Shown: positions 1-46,800 of the stretch, one piece after another
Numbering within the stretch: the stretch's first letter is position 1
Layout of the letters: every line of letters begins with the position of its first letter
Assembly (NCBI GenBank): GCA_963664015.2
Contig: CAXXLF010000002.1
Location: forward strand, 96,001-160,000
From: Candidatus Binatia bacterium
GTDB lineage: Bacteria > Desulfobacterota > Binatia > UBA9968 > CAXXLF01
Direction of reading: 5' to 3'
Length of the DNA: 64,000 nucleotides
Translations under genes and position numbers: made by a program
The notes under the pieces: model-generated
Databases searched by the model: none
Told to the model about the DNA's origin: nothing
What the model saw: the letters and a program-made list of their open reading frames with translations, nothing else

Positions 1-18742
<18,742 letters not shown>

Positions 18743-18940
18743 CACCACCACCACCACACACTGCAGTGTATCATTCTCCCATGTATGCTGTATTCATAAT
18801 ATATGGTGGTGGTGCTCTCTATTTAGGGTTCAACAGTGGAAAATTGGGCATGATTTTCACACATGTGTGCACAAGTCAGTTATGGGCCAGTTCAATCCAT
18901 GAATTGTGCACTAGGAGTTATACAATCCGTGGATTGCGCA

Positions 18941-22284
<3,344 letters not shown>

Positions 22285-22400
22285 ACGGTCACGGCGCGCG
22301 GCGGGAGTCACGAATGACGTGAGCCGTGTCTCAGTGGGTGAGTCCCTACTTTTCCACTCAAACTGGCTCAGAAGCACTTCTACTTGTTCTACCTATACCA

Positions 22401-22713
22401 TACATAAAAGTAATGCCTGGGTATTTTCTATCTTTTGAAGCTTTCGTACTTTTTGCACAAGAACCAGATGAAGGCAACAAAAAACTCACAGGCATATACA
22501 GTGGGCACACGTGGGTGTGTGTAATGGTCAAACTGATTTTGCTCTGGCTCTAACTATATGGCCTGAGAAAGAAAGTTATGGCTGCCACACTTTTGTACTT
22601 TTTGTGAGCTAGTGGAGGGGGAGGAGAACAAACTAACTACATTTTCCACATGGACTATAATGTTAGGGTGTAATGTAAGCAACATCAGTTTCCAGCAGCA
22701 TCTCTGCAAACTT
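22401..22713 (-). mobile_element. ~300 bp dispersed repeat, copy 2, between the divergent SETDB-like and ATXN2 genes
   Basis: Reverse complement of 11508-11798 with a few substitutions and small indels. Confidence 0.85.
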
Positions 22714-22910
22714 CAATTCGCAATGAAGACCTCTGAGGGGTCAAAGGTCAGTTGTCGGATCACGCGCGCAATTGGCGCGTTCACGTGCTAACGTACGTAG
22801 CGTATAATACTCACCATCTCTCCCTCCCACCCTCTCTCTCCGTCTCCCTCTCTCTCTCCCGCGACACTCGCTCTTCCGATAGCGGCAGGACCACCCGAGG
22901 CAGCTGTCTG

Positions 22911-27279
<4,369 letters not shown>

Positions 27280-27592
27280 AGGCAAGAATTTCTTTGAAAT
27301 TTCGTTCTATCTCTTCACCCGTGCGTTGTTTTGTCTTCAGGTGGTTCTGGAATTTCAGAAACATAGGAATTGAGATTATGTAAACTCTAAGATAGCAATA
27401 GGAGTAATGTCATATTATTATTATTACGATACCAGGTCATATGTAAGGTCGACCATAAAAAGATGTTTTTATGCCATCGATTTATAGTTAGCGCACGCGC
27501 TTATGTATGCTGAATTTATGCGCGTGCGCTTCAAGTAGAATGGGCGTGGTCGAGAAATCGCACCTTGAAGAAAGGCTGGGATTTGGGAAAAA

Positions 27593-28550
<958 letters not shown>

Positions 28551-28643
28551 GTGTGTGTGTGCGTGTGTGTGCGTGTGCGTGTATGTGTTACAGGTTTTAT
28601 CAGCTTTTTATCAGCTTTTTATCTCAAGCGAAGCGGCGCGCGC

Positions 28644-28800
28644 TGAAAAAAAGCTGGGGGAGAGAGTGAAAAAAGCTGGGGGAGAAAGTGAAAAAAGCTG
28701 GGGGAGAAAGTGAAAAAAAGCTGGGGGAGAAAGTGAAAAAGCTAGGGAGAAAAGCTGGGAGACAAGCTGGAAGCTGGAGAAAAAAAGCCGGAAGCTGGAA
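28644..28800. repeat. ~22-bp minisatellite TGAAAAAAGCTGGGGGAGAAAG, about 4 copies followed by decaying units
   Basis: Directly visible between the PLPP stop and the RPUSD4-like start. Confidence 0.9.
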
Positions 28801-28890
28801 GAGGAAATTGGGCGCGTAAGAATGAGAAAAGGTCGAAGTTCAACGATAAGGGGGCGTGGCCAACCCACGTGTTGCAGCTCTGTAGACTTC

Positions 28891-30225
28891 ATGCACGCGT
28901 CTCGCTGTGCCAGTGTGGCCGCTGCTGCTGCTAGACTACCAGCAGTATCACCACCCAAACCTTCAGGACCAACACGGGCGAGCTCTAAACTACTGGATGC
29001 AAGGAGTCTACTTCTCTACAAGGACGGTACGCAACTGTGTGTGGTGTGTGTGAATGTTTGACCGAGCTGGTTCGCATTCCAGATGACATCATTGCTCTGA
29101 ACAAGCCCTCAGGACTGCCTGTTCACAGTCAGTATATTATAGCTTAGTCTTTGAGTTCAACCTCTCCCTATTCTCTCACTCTCTTTTACCTATTACATCA
29201 GCTGGACCGAAAGTGGAGGATGACCTGTGCTCACACTTGCATCGCTGGCAGTACAACTCTCCCCACCCTCCCAACCTGGCTCACAGACTCGATCGGTTAG
29301 GCCACACCCACTAACCACACCCACTAATATCTGGGGTGGTTGCCAGGGATACCTCGGGTGTGATTCTTCTGAGTCGGCACTCTAGCGCCGCTCGTAAACT
29401 GGCCAATCTATTCCAGGAGAGGAAGATAAAGAAAACATACTGGTCCGTCAAAAATTTTGACGGGTGTGCTAATTTTCCCCCACATCCACAGGGCAATAAC
29501 TCTCAGCGTCCCTTCAGAACATGAAGGTTGGAGTAAATTTTTACCAGATTTTTGAGGGCCGTGAAATTTTTTCAGGGATCATAACCATACCTCTGGGGAC
29601 TAAAGATTTAGCTACCAAGAACAGCCCTAGGCATCACATGCATAGGGTATGTGTACCTGTCGCCTCTGTCCATTATCTTATGTGTTATGTGTGTAGGTCG
29701 TACTGAGGCAGGATAAGGTTGACCTCTATTGCAAGGTATATACATCACACACATAAACACACACACACACTATCTCTTGCCAGGAGCTATTGGGGAAGAC
29801 CCTGCAATTTGGTATACAAATTGCACACACAGAGTACCGATTGTTGAGCTCGTATGGCCAGAGATGCAGTCTCATTCAAGTCAATACTTCCACTGGCTTC
29901 AAACACCAAGTGGGTCTAGTAATCTTCTGTATACTCTTGTAATCTCCAGTAAACTATGCAGATCAGAGTTCACTTGGCAGATGCCCTCTTGTGTCCCGTG
30001 ATTGGCGACTACAAGTTTGGAGGACCTCTATTTAGAGCCCACCCTAACCTCAAGCGAAAACTGAAACATCTCAAGCACACTAAAGGCTCTGCAATGTGTC
30101 TCCATGCCTACCAAATATTCATCCCTGATTACCACGGAGAGGGGGAACCCCTGGTAATTAGGGCTCCTCCTCCGGCTAGTTTCAGACAAGTGGCGCAACA
30201 ATTAATGTTGAAAATTCCTAAATAG
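28891..30225 (+). CDS. RPUSD4: RluA/RluD-family pseudouridine synthase, RPUSD4-like (probably mitochondrial); multi-exon
   Basis: LNKPSGLPVH, catalytic HRLDRDTSG, KKTYWAI, TGFKHQIRVHLADALLCPVIGDYKFG. Ala/Arg/Ser-rich N-terminus resembles a presequence. Confidence 0.82.
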
Positions 30226-30276
30226 ATTTTGAAAATGACATGTGAATGTCGTTTCGTGATTGTGTATGTGATTGTG

Positions 30277-31901
30277 TCAGGTGTGAGGGTGTGGGAAGTG
30301 TGCTGTGGTGGTTGAGGGTGGTGGAGGGGTGACATGTGAGTGTGGGAGGGGAGGGTGTGAGGGGTGACCAGTGGGATCCTGGGGCGGATGGTGCTTCCTC
30401 TTTTTCTTGTCTTTTTTCTTCTTCTTTTCGTCCTTGTCACGCTTTTTCTGTGCGAAAAAACAACAATTTTGAGTTCAGCCAGAGAAATAAATTTTACTAA
30501 CTTTTTTCTTCTTGTCCCCTAGTACTTGCAGTCCTCCACTTACTAAGTGTGTGGGACCTGTCAAATCGAGAACCACATCACATCACACACAGTATATTGA
30601 TCTCTCTAACACACACTATATTGATCTCTCTAAACACACACACACACACACCTGGATTCCCATACACCGCCTGCTGCTGGAGGATCTGTCCAGCCGAAAC
30701 TCCGCCTCCTCCAATGATCCCAGCCCCACCCCCAATCACACCTCCACTGCCAGCCCCGCCCACAACTCCACCCCCTCCACCAGAGTGCAGGACAGTCTCC
30801 GACCCTGGCATGAGGAAACTGGGCATGTGTGGCTCATGTTTAATGAATGAGTAGGCATCAGATGGAGGTTTCGAAGGTTTGGTTGCAGTGTGATATGCGT
30901 CTGACTTGTCTTCCGAGCGATCGATGTTCTTGTGTTTGTGTTTCTTCTTCTTTCTTGGCTTGGAGTGACCCGCCATGGAGGGTGGGTCAATACGGTACTG
31001 CTCTGGGAGCTGTCAGAGACAATGTAATAGTATTGTGGGCACACACAGCCTCTGTATTGTATTTGCATGGTGTGTGTGTGTGGTGGGCGGAGTCTCACGG
31101 GGCCGGGGAGGAGTCGGAACCCGAGGAGGGCCTGACCGGAGAGAGGGTGGAACTCTTTCCCTCCGATTGGCTTGTGTTCCACCAGGTCTAGCAGCCTTTG
31201 TGGGGAGAATACAAAATATGGTGTGTATAGTGGAGGAGTCCTCACACACTCTTGTGTGTTTTATGTGTGTGTGTGCTCACATGGTTCCTGGAGGTTCGGC
31301 ACTATCAAATTCACCTGTACAACAACACAATACTAACATTTCCTCTCTCTCCTCGGAGGCGTATCTCACCAGGTATATCTGGTAGGAAGGAGCTGAGAGA
31401 GTCCTTGATCTTGCGGGAATTCAGTTCTGTGTAGGCTTTCTGGAGCTGGTCCAGAGAGGCCTTCTCCTTGCTCTGCTCGCTCACCTCATGAGTCACCTCT
31501 GAGATATCGTGTGTGTGTGGGTAGGTGTATAGTGTGTGTGTGTGTGTGGTTCATGTGAATATGGTAACCACACCTGACGTCCCACCAGTAGAACACTTGT
31601 AGAGGTGAACAGGCGGGACCTCAGGAGCTGGTGCCGACACTGCTATAACGTCATGGGGCCTCTGTGGGAGGAGCACCGCAGTCGACCGGGGCGGGGCCTG
31701 GAGCAGGCTGATGGCAGGTTGGGGTTGGTTGAATGAGGTCATGACCACAGCGGCGTCGCTGGTGGCCAGAGGGATCATCATGGGAGACAGGGTGGTCCCC
31801 AGACCGGGGGGTAGCGGGGGCGGCTGGTTTGACCTGCTCGGGGCCATACCCGGGATCAGAGAAATGAAGTGCATGTTTTGCTGAGGATCCATGTTTTCCA
31901 T
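30277..31901 (-). CDS. MED19: Mediator subunit 19; multi-exon
   Basis: RKIKDSLSSFLPDIPG...LLDLVEHKPIGGKEFHPLSGQALLGFRLLPGPLPEQYR...KKKKHKHK and a Lys-rich tail (KKRDKDEKKKKKDKKKRK). TGA at 30279-30277. Confidence 0.9.
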
Positions 31902-32242
31902 GCCCTCCGCTCGCCAAATCGACTCCAGGAGAGCAGGGAGCAGCTAGACCATCCTATCACGACTCACAGACGGCGGTCAGATATCCCTACGGCACAGAGG
32001 AGGGTGTAGGACCTCGATGATCTCTCGAACAACACACACACAACACACCCCTTTTTCTACCGCAATATGTTGAAATTATTTTCGCTCAATTAGAACGTGC
32101 GCATATTTACGGTACCACTCTGCGATCGCGCATTCCAACGTCTAGGTGTGTCTTCACATCTCTGTAGAGAGAGGAGAGTGAGAGAAAAGGGAGGCAGAGA
32201 GAGCTTCTTGTCCTTGCACACCTGGTAGAGCAGTTCAGCAAG

Positions 32243-34341
<2,099 letters not shown>

Positions 34342-34595
34342 TCTGCCACACACTCAATATACGATAATACTAGCAAACACTCTCAAACCTTTAGACAATA
34401 ACGATAAATTATAGTATATAGTTTCAACATTATCTTTCCCAACTTGTAATGATGATCATTGCATGGACGTATTCTCTAGGATACACACACTATTTTTCAT
34501 AGCTGTCATTCATCCTTGATAGGTGTTGTTTTGCAAAATGTGCGAATGCGAGAGTGAAATGAACTGAGCGAATATGCAGTGATGTAATAATGATG

Positions 34596-35159
34596 TCATT
34601 GTGTTTCTGGGTTGCCGGCGACATCCAGTATATCTTGTCCATTGACCACCTTTCCACTGACATACGGTGTCTTGTACGAGACATAGGGCCTTAGCTACAC
34701 ACATACACACACAGTAACAATGTATGAAGAAGTCACAAAGGGAGAGTCGATCTAACCTCAAATCCTTCCAAGGGCGGCACAACAAGTTCAGGTATCTTCT
34801 CTCTCATAATGATATACCCACCTGTGGGGAAGAGGGGGAGGGGACTATTATTGACACACACGAGTGAGTTTTTCAAAGTTCAACCTTTCTTGGTGTGCCT
34901 TCCAGTTGACTTGGTACCACGACCTGTACACAAAACACAAGACACACACATCACACGTGCATTTGACACACACACACGAGTTATCATTTGACACACACGA
35001 GTCGCTCTCACCTTTGTAGAAGTTCTGTTTCCCTCTCTTGGATGTCATGGGTATCCTGCGTGCCCCCAGCCTCAGCAGACTCCCCAGAACCTGGGACACA
35101 CGTGACCCTCACGTGACCTGAGTGGTGGCAGGGGTCAGAGGTGGGCACTAACTCACCAT
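34596..35159 (-). CDS. MRPL41: Mitochondrial ribosomal protein mL41; first coding exon is only the ATG
   Basis: M|VLGSLLRLGARRIPMTSKRGKQNFYKGRGTKSTGRHTKKGGYII...PELVVPPLEGFELRPYVSYK; TGA 34598-34596. Confidence 0.9.
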
Positions 35160-35301
35160 CTTGTCACTTCTGTAGCAGGGCTTCTGTAGTGAGTGCAAAG
35201 AGCGTGAGGAATTACGTCATTAGCTCACGATTCGCTCCACCCACATGGTGCGCTATAAAAAGAGTTGGAGGTGGTGCTAACTGAGCGAGCGGGAGCTAGC
35301 T
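35160..35301. promoter_or_regulatory. Compact bidirectional promoter for MRPL41 and POR, with a TATA-like and a CRE-like site
   Basis: About 140 bp separate the two ATGs; TATAAAA at 35254-35260 and TTACGTCA at ~35212. Confidence 0.55.
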
Positions 35302-38941
<3,640 letters not shown>

Positions 38942-39076
38942 GGACAATTGTTTTCTAGGTTGATTTATGTTAATATTCACAAAGAATTACTCTATAGATA
39001 TTACACACAATTGTATTTCATACACACTTTCAGTATGGCGATGTGTAAACACAGACTAGGTGTGTGCACATGCAAG

Positions 39077-40438
39077 TCATGTGAATCCACCCGCCAACTC
39101 AATGGCGCTCACGAGTTCGAGGGCGCACGAATCGATGCTCATCCTGTACTTTATCATGCTGAGTAGCGTGTCGTAGTGAACCACTGCCGCGCACACCACA
39201 CACACGTGAAACAACTGGTGACTGCTTGCCCAAGTGTTGAATCTCCCCGGGAAGGCCCTCTCCGGGAAGCGAACTACGTAGAGTGTGGCACCGAACAGGT
39301 AGAGAAAGGCCATCACAAGGAGACCTCGTCCAGTGTCAACGATGTGCTGTTTGTCCAGCCCCTCCCTCACGATGATGTGCACCACGGGGACCACCCCGTA
39401 GATCCCGAACAGCACAAAGGTCGCGAACCGCAACGGACGGTACTCGTGAGAGGCAAACTTTTCCCAGAGAGATAAAACGACGCAAGCAACACCGAGTATT
39501 CCGGTGATGGTCATGTGCGTGTGTCGTGCTGTATCGCTGCAGTAGAAGCCGTAGTAGTATGCAGGTATACTGGATCCAGTGATGAGGATAGCGATACCGG
39601 AGTAGTCGAGTCGACTGAAGATGCGGTAGACTGTTTGAGAGTGGTTGCTGAAGAGGTGGAAGAGAGCGGAGCAGGAGAGACAGATCATGGCCGCCAGGAG
39701 GAAACAGAACAACATGGCCTGCTCAGTCGCTGGGAGCTGGTACACCTCAATGTCCTCAAACAGACAAGTGATGTAGTCTCCGTACACGTATATCCCCAGA
39801 CAGAGGGTGACAAAGAAGGCAAACCCCAGTAGGTGGGTCCATATGTTCCAGGTCTCAGTGTGCATGCGGAACATGCTCTTGAAGCAGCCGAGAAACGAGT
39901 TCATCGGTGGCCGGTGTTCGGCAGTGAGGTACTCGTTGTCCTGCATCCACTGAGGGAGCTTGTCGAAAGGGAGAGAGGTCCACGCCAGGTGGGATATCCT
40001 CTCTATGTTTGCCCTTGTCTTCACCACCCTGTCCTTGATGTGGGCCTCCAGCTCCCCCACCTTCTCGTTCAGCCGCGACTCCAGCTCGGAGACCTTCTCC
40101 CCTAGCTGGCCCATCTTCTCCTCCAGTTGGACCTCTATCCTGCTCATCCTCTCCCCTATCCCCGACACCGTCTCCTGGATCCGCCGCAGAGAGGCCGCCA
40201 CCAGAGAGGAGTCGCTGTGGACGCTGGAACTGTCATCATCTTCTACCTCCTCTTCTCCCTCCAGGTCCAGCGAGTCGGGGTGATGCAACGTCTGGTAGTC
40301 TGGTTCGTCTTCTTCACTAGCTGAGGCTGAACTCGGAGTCTTCTGATCTTCTGGAAGGTCTCCAGAGCTCTCTCTGGCCGCCGCTACCTCCTCTACCGCC
40401 GCTGGTCTTCGCCTCAGTACTGACACGGCGACCTCCAT
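39077..40438 (-). CDS. Adiponectin receptor/PAQR protein, copy A, intronless, with acidic and coiled-coil N-terminus
   Basis: LPQWMQDNEYL, HTETWNIWTH, CSALFHLF, RLDYSGIA, PERAFPGRF, SSHQLFH (Zn-binding His residues); 7 TM segments. First ATG at 40438. Confidence 0.93.
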   Translation of the reverse strand: MEVAVSVLRRRPAAVEEVAAARESSGDLPEDQKTPSSASASEEDEPDYQTLHHPDSLDLEGEEEVEDDDSSSVHSDSSLVAASLRRIQETVSGIGERMSRIEVQLEEKMGQLGEKVSELESRLNEKVGELEAHIKDRVVKTRANIERISHLAWTSLPFDKLPQWMQDNEYLTAEHRPPMNSFLGCFKSMFRMHTETWNIWTHLLGFAFFVTLCLGIYVYGDYITCLFEDIEVYQLPATEQAMLFCFLLAAMICLSCSALFHLFSNHSQTVYRIFSRLDYSGIAILITGSSIPAYYYGFYCSDTARHTHMTITGILGVACVVLSLWEKFASHEYRPLRFATFVLFGIYGVVPVVHIIVREGLDKQHIVDTGRGLLVMAFLYLFGATLYVVRFPERAFPGRFNTWASSHQLFHVCVVCAAVVHYDTLLSMIKYRMSIDSCALELVSAIELAGGFT

Positions 40439-40577
40439 TGTCTCAGAGTCATTCACCTTTACGTACCTCGCTCATCGCCTGCGCGTGCGTGTCATGCAGG
40501 TGGTCACTCAGAAAAACAGTGAAATCAGTTGTTTTTTCTTGACTCCCGAGTGAGCCCGGTTCTTGATTCAGTGGCCA

Positions 40578-41567
40578 TCATAATATTGTAGTTAGTGTCG
40601 GCAGATGCTCGAGCTCACAACTGTCTATGCTAACTCGATACTTTATCATGCCAAGCAGAGTGTTGTAGTGTATAAGAGCAGCACACACCACACACAGGTG
40701 GAAGAGCTGGTGGCTGCTGGCCCAAGTGTTGAACTTTCCAGGAAACATTCTCTCTGGGAACCGAGACACGTACAACATGGCTCCGAGTGTGTACACTCCA
40801 CCCATGAAAAGTAGCCCCACCAACGCATTGACAGTGTGCTGATTCTGAAACCCTTCCTTGATGACAATGTGGATGCCTGGGATGAACCCGTAGAGCCCAA
40901 ACAGATAGAAAGTGGCGAAACGAAGCGGACGATATTCGTGTGTGCCAAACTTTTTCCAGAGAGACAGAACGATGCATCCGGCGAAAAGAAAGACGAGGAT
41001 GGATATGTGGACAAACTGGGAGATTGTGTAGCAGTAGAATCCGTAGTAGTATGCAGGTATACTGGATCCAGCGATGAGGATAGCGATACCGGAGTAGTCG
41101 AGTCGACTGAAGATGCGGTAGACATCACGGGAATGGCTGCTGAAGAGGTGGAAGAGAGCAGAGCAGGAGAGACAGACCATGGCCGCCAGGAGGAAACAGA
41201 ACAACATGGCCTGCTCAGTCGCTGGGAGCTGGTACACCTCAATGTCCTCAAACAGACAAGTGATGTAGTCTCCGTACACGTATATCCCCAGACAGAGGGT
41301 GACAAAGAAGGCAAACCCCAGTTGGTGGGTCCATATGTTCCAGGTCTCAGTGTGCATGCGGAACATGCTCATAATGCACTTGGCGTACGAGTTCATCTGC
41401 GGACGGTGCTCGTGTGTGAGGTACTCGTTCTCCTGCATCCACTGAGGGAGCTCGGCGAACCGCTGAGAGGTCCAGCGGTCGTCACCCGCCGCCGCTAGCA
41501 GCGTCGCCTCGTCGTTCACCTCTCCTCTCCGTCTCACCCCGGTCGAACTAACACCAGTCGGCGCCAT
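40578..41567 (-). CDS. Adiponectin receptor/PAQR protein, copy B, intronless, short N-terminus
   Basis: Same PAQR motifs as copy A. Likely start MAPTGV at 41567, although the ORF is open to 41744. Confidence 0.92.
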   Translation of the reverse strand: MAPTGVSSTGVRRRGEVNDEATLLAAAGDDRWTSQRFAELPQWMQENEYLTHEHRPQMNSYAKCIMSMFRMHTETWNIWTHQLGFAFFVTLCLGIYVYGDYITCLFEDIEVYQLPATEQAMLFCFLLAAMVCLSCSALFHLFSSHSRDVYRIFSRLDYSGIAILIAGSSIPAYYYGFYCYTISQFVHISILVFLFAGCIVLSLWKKFGTHEYRPLRFATFYLFGLYGFIPGIHIVIKEGFQNQHTVNALVGLLFMGGVYTLGAMLYVSRFPERMFPGKFNTWASSHQLFHLCVVCAALIHYNTLLGMIKYRVSIDSCELEHLPTLTTIL

Positions 41568-41955
41568 TTCCTTCTCAGTCTCTCTGAACGGACCCTCGGC
41601 GATCACGAGTGCGTGACGAAACTGTCGCGAAGCGACGATCCGCGACGCGTCGCATGATGAACATTCAAAAGAGCCGTACGCATGCGTAGATATTTCATGG
41701 AAAAACATGTTGCACCTAGCTGACATGAAAGAATCTGGGACCATAGTCTACATTTGGCACTACTGAACGGTCGAAAGTGATGTACAACCCATTCAGCTGA
41801 GTGCTCGGCTCGCAGAGAGAATGAGCATGCGTGTAATCTCGCCACGCCCATCGTTATTTCGGTCGGGCAACCCGCTACATTTTTACCTACTTCGTCGATC
41901 GCCAAATTTGGTCACAGAGAGACACTCTTGACTTCTCGCTCGGGGCCCTGCAGAG

Positions 41956-43705
<1,750 letters not shown>

Positions 43706-43794
43706 GGACACCAGATAGAGATTTTGACTTCTGCATTTTTAGAAACAGTGTAGAAATTCACTTGTGTGAGGGTATTATGTATGTGACTGGTTAA

Positions 43795-43870
43795 TCATTT
43801 GCGCATGCGCGCATCCGCTCATTATTGTTGATGAAGTGGGCGTGGTTTGAATGGCGCGCGGTATGCTAAT
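43795..43870 (+). promoter_or_regulatory. Probable CpG-rich promoter (NRF1-type GCGCATGCGC and GC box GGGCGTGG) upstream of the AUTS2-like gene
   Basis: Motifs at 43801 and ~43838, followed by a non-coding stretch with a strong donor (G|GTAAGT at ~44175). Linking it to the downstream gene is inference. Confidence 0.4.
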
Positions 43871-46800
43871 GAAGTCTGTCTTTATTTACTCCGCGCGTGT
43901 GTGTCATGTCATTCAGTCTACATCGAGCGAGAAGAAGGAGCCGTGGACTGGAGTGTATAGGAGCGCTGCATTGGGACGTCGAGGCCGCCTTTTCTGACCT
44001 CCATAACTGACCAGAGAGATCGTGAGTTGATTTTAGTTTGCACGAGCGGTACACGGCGTGTGCGGTACGTTGTGCGCGACCTAAACCTAAGAATATGTTT
44101 TCGCCTTCTTTTCCAGTAGTGGTTGAGTGCACTAGCTGGTTAGCGGTACCCTAGTTAGCTACTAGAGACCCTCGGTAAGTCGGGCGGCGGTAGGACCTGT
44201 GCTTGTTGGCTGTTTTGATATTTCGTTTCGCTGCCGACACGAAGAAGAGTGTGTGTCTGCGTGTTTGTTGGCGATGGTGGGTGGTCAGTAAAGAGGTCGT
44301 CTTTCTCGACTGTGTGTGTGAATGTGCGAGTCTCTGACCAGCCAACGCAGTGGTAGCTGTGTCCCCTCCTTCTAGCTCTCACAAAGTTCCCCTGTGGCGC
44401 TTCAATGAAACGATATTTTTTCTAATCTGAAAATGAGCTAGTTTGGAAATAACCTATGACAGCCACACTTTGTGTGTGTCCCTGTGTGTGTGTCCCTGTG
44501 TGTGTGTGTGTATGTGTTTGCTGTATCAAGCCAGGCAGCTCTACCCTTCGCTCCCGATGCACTCTAGTCATTAGTGTTGTTTTCAGAATTGAGGGCAGCA
44601 GGCCAGAGCACAGAGTGCATGTGTTTCTCTACTGACTACGGATCTCCCAGTGTGTATGTGGTATACCGTGCCAGCTGGCACATCCGGCGTTGTTTACAGC
44701 TCTTGTTTGCTTGTAAATTCGCTGTTAGAACGGTGCGATTATCAGTGATAATCAGCAGGGGTGACCCACTCGTACCAGTTTTTCTCACATAACATACACT
44801 GCCACAGTTCGCTAACAGAGCCTCGCAGTAAACAAGACCCTCCTGCTGCCCTCTATGTATGACTGACTGTGGTATCAAGTAGTGTGTGTGTGTGTACATT
44901 CCTCCAAGTAGTGGTACCTTGGACACACATAGCTACATCCCTGTTGTGTTTCAATTTCTTCCCCAGACCCTGGTACACAGTGATATATAGCAATTAGAGG
45001 TGATTAGTGTGTGTGTCGTTGTAGAGCCACATTGTCATGACTCTCCTTGGAGGTCTGGTTGATCTTTGGTGTAGTTTGCACCCCCTCCCTCCCTCTCACC
45101 TGCTAGCCACAGAGTCTCTTCTTGTGGTGTGTGTGTGTGTGTTGTTCAATTGAGTGGGGTGTGTGTTCATCATCTGGGCCTGTTTATCCAGCCCCTCCTG
45201 GGTGTGTTGTCTTATTGTGGTGGACTCTTTGGGGGTGGTATAAGAGCCTGCTCTATTGCACCCCTCATATCTCTCTGTACTCTATATCACTTCCTCTGTA
45301 TTCTACGCACTGCACAGTGTCAACTCAATACAACTCAATACGGTACAGAGGACAGAACTTGGACCTGTGTTATTCTAGCAATAAAATAATCATTAAAGTG
45401 TCCACCATTGAGTGGTGAGGTGGGTTGCACAGTGGCACCCTCTGTTGTTCAGGCACACCTACTCCTGCCTCCATTATGTGAGGCTGGCTGGGTTGTTGGC
45501 CGAGCGTGTGTCGGTGGTGGGTAGGAGTGGAGGTGGGGAGTTTGAGAGCAGGGTAGGAGAGCAGGGAGGGTGAATGGAACCATTGAGGGATTGTGTCGTG
45601 TGTGTGTGTCTGATGCAACCGTGCTTTTAGCACTGATTGAATGGATCACATGATGCTGCAGTATACTTGCAGTGCCTGAATGCACACGCCACTGCGCGAA
45701 CCATTGTGTACCATTCACAAGTGGCCACTCAGTGTGTGTGAGTGAGTACGATACAGTACGTGCCGATGTAAGCCTTCTCCATACTATGTCGACTGTGACC
45801 TACTATGAGACTTGTTCTAATAGAGTAGGACAGAGTAGGCTTCTTATAGTGCACAACACGCACGCGCACACACATTCGGGTTTGAGAAGGTTCGAGGGGG
45901 TTCGCTGCAGTTGAACTAGCGTATAGGTACCATACACACCTCACTCACACACACACACACTGGCATATGGTGACAAGCATAGCAGTTGATAAGGATACCT
46001 TATCCCCCTTCCCTATCAGTGTAATCTCTGATCCACAGGTCTGATAGTGGGTCTTCCCAGAGGTTGGGGTTAGACAGTACAATCTCACACAGGCAGCAGT
46101 TGTCCTTACTCTGAGCTCTGTGTACACTGTTCTGGCCACCACACAGCTGTGAAGTTTATCTCTACACATCTGTGCAGAGATTGTTGACCTCATTTTGTAG
46201 TTGAGAGCTGTTCCTACAGTCTCTGACAGACCACAGGTTTAACTGTTGTCGTTTACCCGCCCACAGTTTTCATAAGTTGCGTGATTTATGGTTGTGAATC
46301 TACGAGAGAGGGTGGGTGCCAGGGCCTTGTTCTCACTGCTGCTGCTGCTGTGTGTGGGGCGAAGACTGTGGGACGGGGATGGTTTAGTGTGCGTGTTATC
46401 TGCAGTGAATATGTGCCATGAATGATAGCTTGGCTGGCACGGGAGATAAAGAGAGAGAGAGAGAAGTATGAATGTTAGTTTGGGGGAGGTGAGAGGTGAT
46501 GCTGTGTGCTGAGGGTGGGAATTTGTCTACTTCCATCAGAGGATTGTGTGGGCAATGAAACCAGGTTGACATACTTTGATATACCTCTCTCTGTTTTTCT
46601 GCACATTTCACCAAGTGGATGTTGGAATGCTACTCCCTGAGTGTGTGCGACTGTGTTAGTGAGTCCATTCAGAATGTATGGGAAGAGTCTGGTGAACTGC
46701 CAACCTTCCCTGTGAGGCCCTTGTTACTGGGGATTCCGTGCGGCATGTGTCGAATTGTGTGGGAATTATGTCCAATCATTGGTGGTTAGTCGTTGATCAG

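Noticed and set aside
28644-28800. CRISPR-like array
   Set aside because: Units are directly adjacent with no unique spacers, there are no cas genes, and the context is eukaryotic.
40646-41498. Overlapping alternative-frame and antisense ORFs over the PAQR genes (likewise over MYO18 exon 1 and the bacterial genes)
   Set aside because: Shadow ORFs of GC-rich coding sequence with no recognisable motifs.
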